Source: Albugo candida (taxonomy: Eukaryota). Taken from it: a DNA stretch of 64,000 bases. The position numbers were made by a program, and so were the translations under genes. Below the pieces are notes generated by a model. That model was given only the letters and a program-made list of their open reading frames with translations. It searched no databases and was not told the DNA's origin. Below, piece after piece: positions 61,005 to 64,000 of this stretch (position 1 is its first letter; every line of letters begins with the position of its first letter). The stretch is from assembly GCA_040437565.1 (NCBI GenBank), contig JBDOQK010000059.1, forward strand, positions 124,001-188,000. Reading direction: 5' to 3'.

Positions 61005-62230
61005 TCAAAGAATACGATTTCCAAGTGCGGAAGAGATCAATAGAATACCCATATCCACGGTAATAGCGGAGTCTTTGTTGGATGATAGGGTGGGATTCAC
61101 TTCGACCAGATCGAGGCCACATAGAAGATTTGTTTCTGCGACCGCTTCAGCTGCGTAATGAGCTTCTCGCCATGTTAAACCGCCACGAACTCGGGTGCCT
61201 GTGGACGGAGCGATCAATGGATCCACTGCGTCAATATCATAGCTCATATGCAGCGGACGTCGTTTTTCCCCGCATAAATGATCTAAAGCCATTTCCATTG
61301 TCTTTCCAATGCCATAACGATCAACTTGTTGCATTGTAAGCGCTTTGATTCCGAGCTCCTTGATGATATGGCGTTCTCCTGCGTCCAAATCTCGAAGACC
61401 GATGTATACAAGCTGTTCAGGAAGTAAATGCGGACCACTTGCAAGCCATTCCATTCCAGGTATTTTCCCCTTATCGACCATTCCTTTCATCAGAAAAGCT
61501 AAAGGCATGCCGTGCATGTTACCCGACGATGAAGTCTCGGGTGTGTTGATATCAGCATGCGCGTCGACCCAAATGATACCTGCATCCGGATGTGTTCTCA
61601 ACATTCCTGCTACTGAGCCACAGCCAATTGTATGGTCACCACCCAGCACCAACGCCAATTTACCTTCTCCTGTTTTCTTTGCAACAATGTTGGAGATTTT
61701 TTCAAGCCCATTACCTACCGCAAAAGATTGCTTCGCGTGTCCAAATTTAGAGTCCAAAGTAGGATCTGTTCGTGTGGGAGGATCGAACCGCAAATTTCCA
61801 GTTTCTTCCACACTCCAGCCTAATTTAACCAAGTATTTATGAAGACCTAGAATATGCTCAGTGGATGAGACGATTTGAATGGCACGATACGCTCAAGTGA
61901 AATTACCGGCCTCGCGTAGCAAGTCAGGACCGGTATCTGTGCCAAGCAAAGGCTGTCCGTCTATATTTATACAAGAAGAGGGGTGACTATCGACTGAGGA
62001 CACAATCGCAAGATCTTACACGTCATTGGTGCTCCAATGACAGCGACAGTGGGTGGAGTTGACAGAAATTGATTGCAAATCTGAGGAGGATGGTAGTTGA
62101 AGCGTATGGTGTCCCAGAAACATGCGTGTGTGGAAGAGATACATCTCGTTGCTGCGGAAGACATTGATTTCTTACTGAAACGATTGATTGAGCTATTAGA
62201 AAAGCCGAGAATCGACATGACTTTTGTCAT
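61005..62230 (-). CDS. Arginase, probably mitochondrial (3 exons)
   Basis: Contains GGDH, DAHADINT, SGNMHG and SYDIDAVDP. Introns at 62019-61961 and 61906-61847. Ser/Arg/Lys-rich N-terminal leader. Confidence 0.93.
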
Positions 62231-62431
62231 CTGATCCTGTTCAGTAACAGGGAAAGTGTGATGTAAGATCCCACTCTAAACTAGTGTTCTTCTTCAACTA
62301 GCGTAGATCAGGGCCGGATCGTGACAGTATTTTTCACTTGTAGTATTGTCGAATTTGTCAGAAAGTATCTTGATTAGGTTAAGGTATTACATCACTTATT
62401 TTGTATGTAGTTGTGTGTGGGCTTATTACAC

Positions 62432-63037
62432 GCCCAATTCGTGTGCGACCGCATCGCAACGTACAAAATGGAGTTTGAAGCGATTATGGGTCAGCTTAAA
62501 TATTCACTTTCATTGATGGACTGTGAGTACAAAGACAAGTAGATGTGGATCTCATTAATCATAAGAAAAGACGGTTTTCCACGAAAGTAAAGTCTAGCCA
62601 GCTCTCACAGCCTACATTGTCTGAGTGGCATAGAGGATCCCCCCTAAAGCCACTATCGAGTAGAAAGGGCACAAGAAGAGGCGGNNNNNNNNNNNNNNNN
62701 NNNNNNNNNNNNNNNNNNNNNNNNNNNNNNNNNNNNNNNNNNNNNNNNNNNNNNNNNNNNNNNNNNNNNNNNNNNNNNNNNNNNGCCCAATTCGTGTGCG
62801 ACCGCATCGCAACGTACAAAATGGAGTTTGAAGCGATTATGGGTCAGCTTAAATATTCACTTTCATTGATGGACTGTGAGTACAAAGACAAGTAGATGTG
62901 GATCTCATTAATCATAAGAAAAGACGGTTTTCCACGAAAGTAAAGTCTAGCCAGCTCTCACAGCCTACATTGTCTGAGTGGCATAGAGGATCCCCCCTAA
63001 AGCCACTATCGAGTAGAAAGGGCACAAGAAGAGGCGG
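62432..63037. repeat. Gap-flank duplication: 62432-62684 repeated at 62785-63037
   Basis: 253-bp copies around N 62685-62784. Confidence 0.9.
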
Positions 63038-64000
63038 CTGCAGTACAAAAACGAAGTGATCTAAAGTGGTCATTGCCCAGGATGCTCTACAATAGACTTA
63101 ACGTAATTAATCTAGGATCTAAACAGTACAGTGCTTGCTATTTTTCTGCATTTTGGCTCTTCATATTCCACAATACTTGGAATTTGTGTGTGCAGAGAGT
63201 ATATGGATAATATACGGGTTTTTGATAGCCACATAACGAACTGAATGGACGATACAGCAATGACACTATGAAGAGTCAATGACACGAAGAATGACCTGTA
63301 GCGCAGCAAAGTTCATTAGACTTTAAAGTAAGAAACTTCTTATTATAATTTGTATGCATGGGTGAAGCTTGCCGGATCAATTACTTGCACTTTATCGATG
63401 GTCATGTAAAGTGCGAAGATGTAATCCCACGAAATGAGAATGAGTTGAAATTTTATCGAGGAAGCTTAGCAGGCAATGATAAAAACTTTAATAATGGGAG
63501 ATCTGCATCAACACATTTAATAGAGAGAAGTTTTATGTGCTCAGAAGTCCATTCAACAGATTGCATTTGCGACGTCGATTAAAGGAAATCAAGAGAGGCA
63601 ATAGACACCAACCTTATTATGTACATGGAGATGCGAGGGACGATCAGCATACCTGTGGTTTTCTATGAATGTCTTAAATGATATTGATAATGGCTGAGAA
63701 TGTGCCTGGTTCGACCCAATCTGCGCAAGCTATTATACATATGATTTAAACAACTACGGAGTCAAAATGGCGCTATAAGGACAACAGAGAAGATATCGAG
63801 GAAGAAAATTCATAACAATGTTCGAAGCCTAAAGCACAGATAAAAGTGGAAATGTCTGAAATGCAGACATTTGAGCTTTCGATGCCCGTGTAAGAAGAAT
63901 TAGCGTTTAGAAAGATAAACGAATTTAGGAGTTACGAAAAATCAGAATTTTTATCATTAGATGATCTTGGAGGGGTACATTGCTATAAGCAGTTGATGTT

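Noticed and set aside
62400-63060. Small ORFs (MEFEAIMGQ..., MDLINHKK...) upstream of arginase
   Set aside because: Short, partly read through Ns and with no recognisable family; insufficient support.
63685-63730. tRNA-like GGTTCGACCC
   Set aside because: No acceptor, D or anticodon stems can be formed around it.
63350-64000. Possible decayed copia reverse-transcriptase fragment
   Set aside because: Only faint resemblance, many stops and no intact YVDD; not supportable without a search.

Overview
This is eukaryotic DNA: compact, with short (45-71 nt) introns. It is most consistent with a zoospore-forming oomycete such as Albugo, an inference from GH28/GH81/M8 gene content, flagellar genes (CCDC96, KIF12-like, ARL16) and Inr-FPR-like core promoters. 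The scaffold has nine 100-N gaps. Eight sit between two copies of the same flank (19-1723 bp), so the apparent duplicates of polygalacturonase, kinesin, leishmanolysin and the first gene are most likely unmerged contig overlaps. After collapsing these there are about 23 genes. A gene-sparse block (~5.4-23.7 kb) holds three divergent polygalacturonases, a probable pseudogenised secreted protein and transposon relics; the rest is mostly dense housekeeping genes. Items the ORF track hides: (1) a U12-type AT-AC intron in GPN2; (2) a four-exon PAXX/XRCC4-superfamily-like gene head-to-head with an SVBP-like gene; (3) a SHIP-like inositol 5-phosphatase with most catalytic residues replaced; (4) GH28 enzymes lacking the conserved His, two also lacking the Arg of RIK; (5) a 488-bp Merlin-like MITE with an exact 8-bp target-site duplication just upstream of a secreted orphan; (6) an importin-alpha paralogue with a beta-rich insert. 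All family calls come from motif recognition by eye; no database searches were run.
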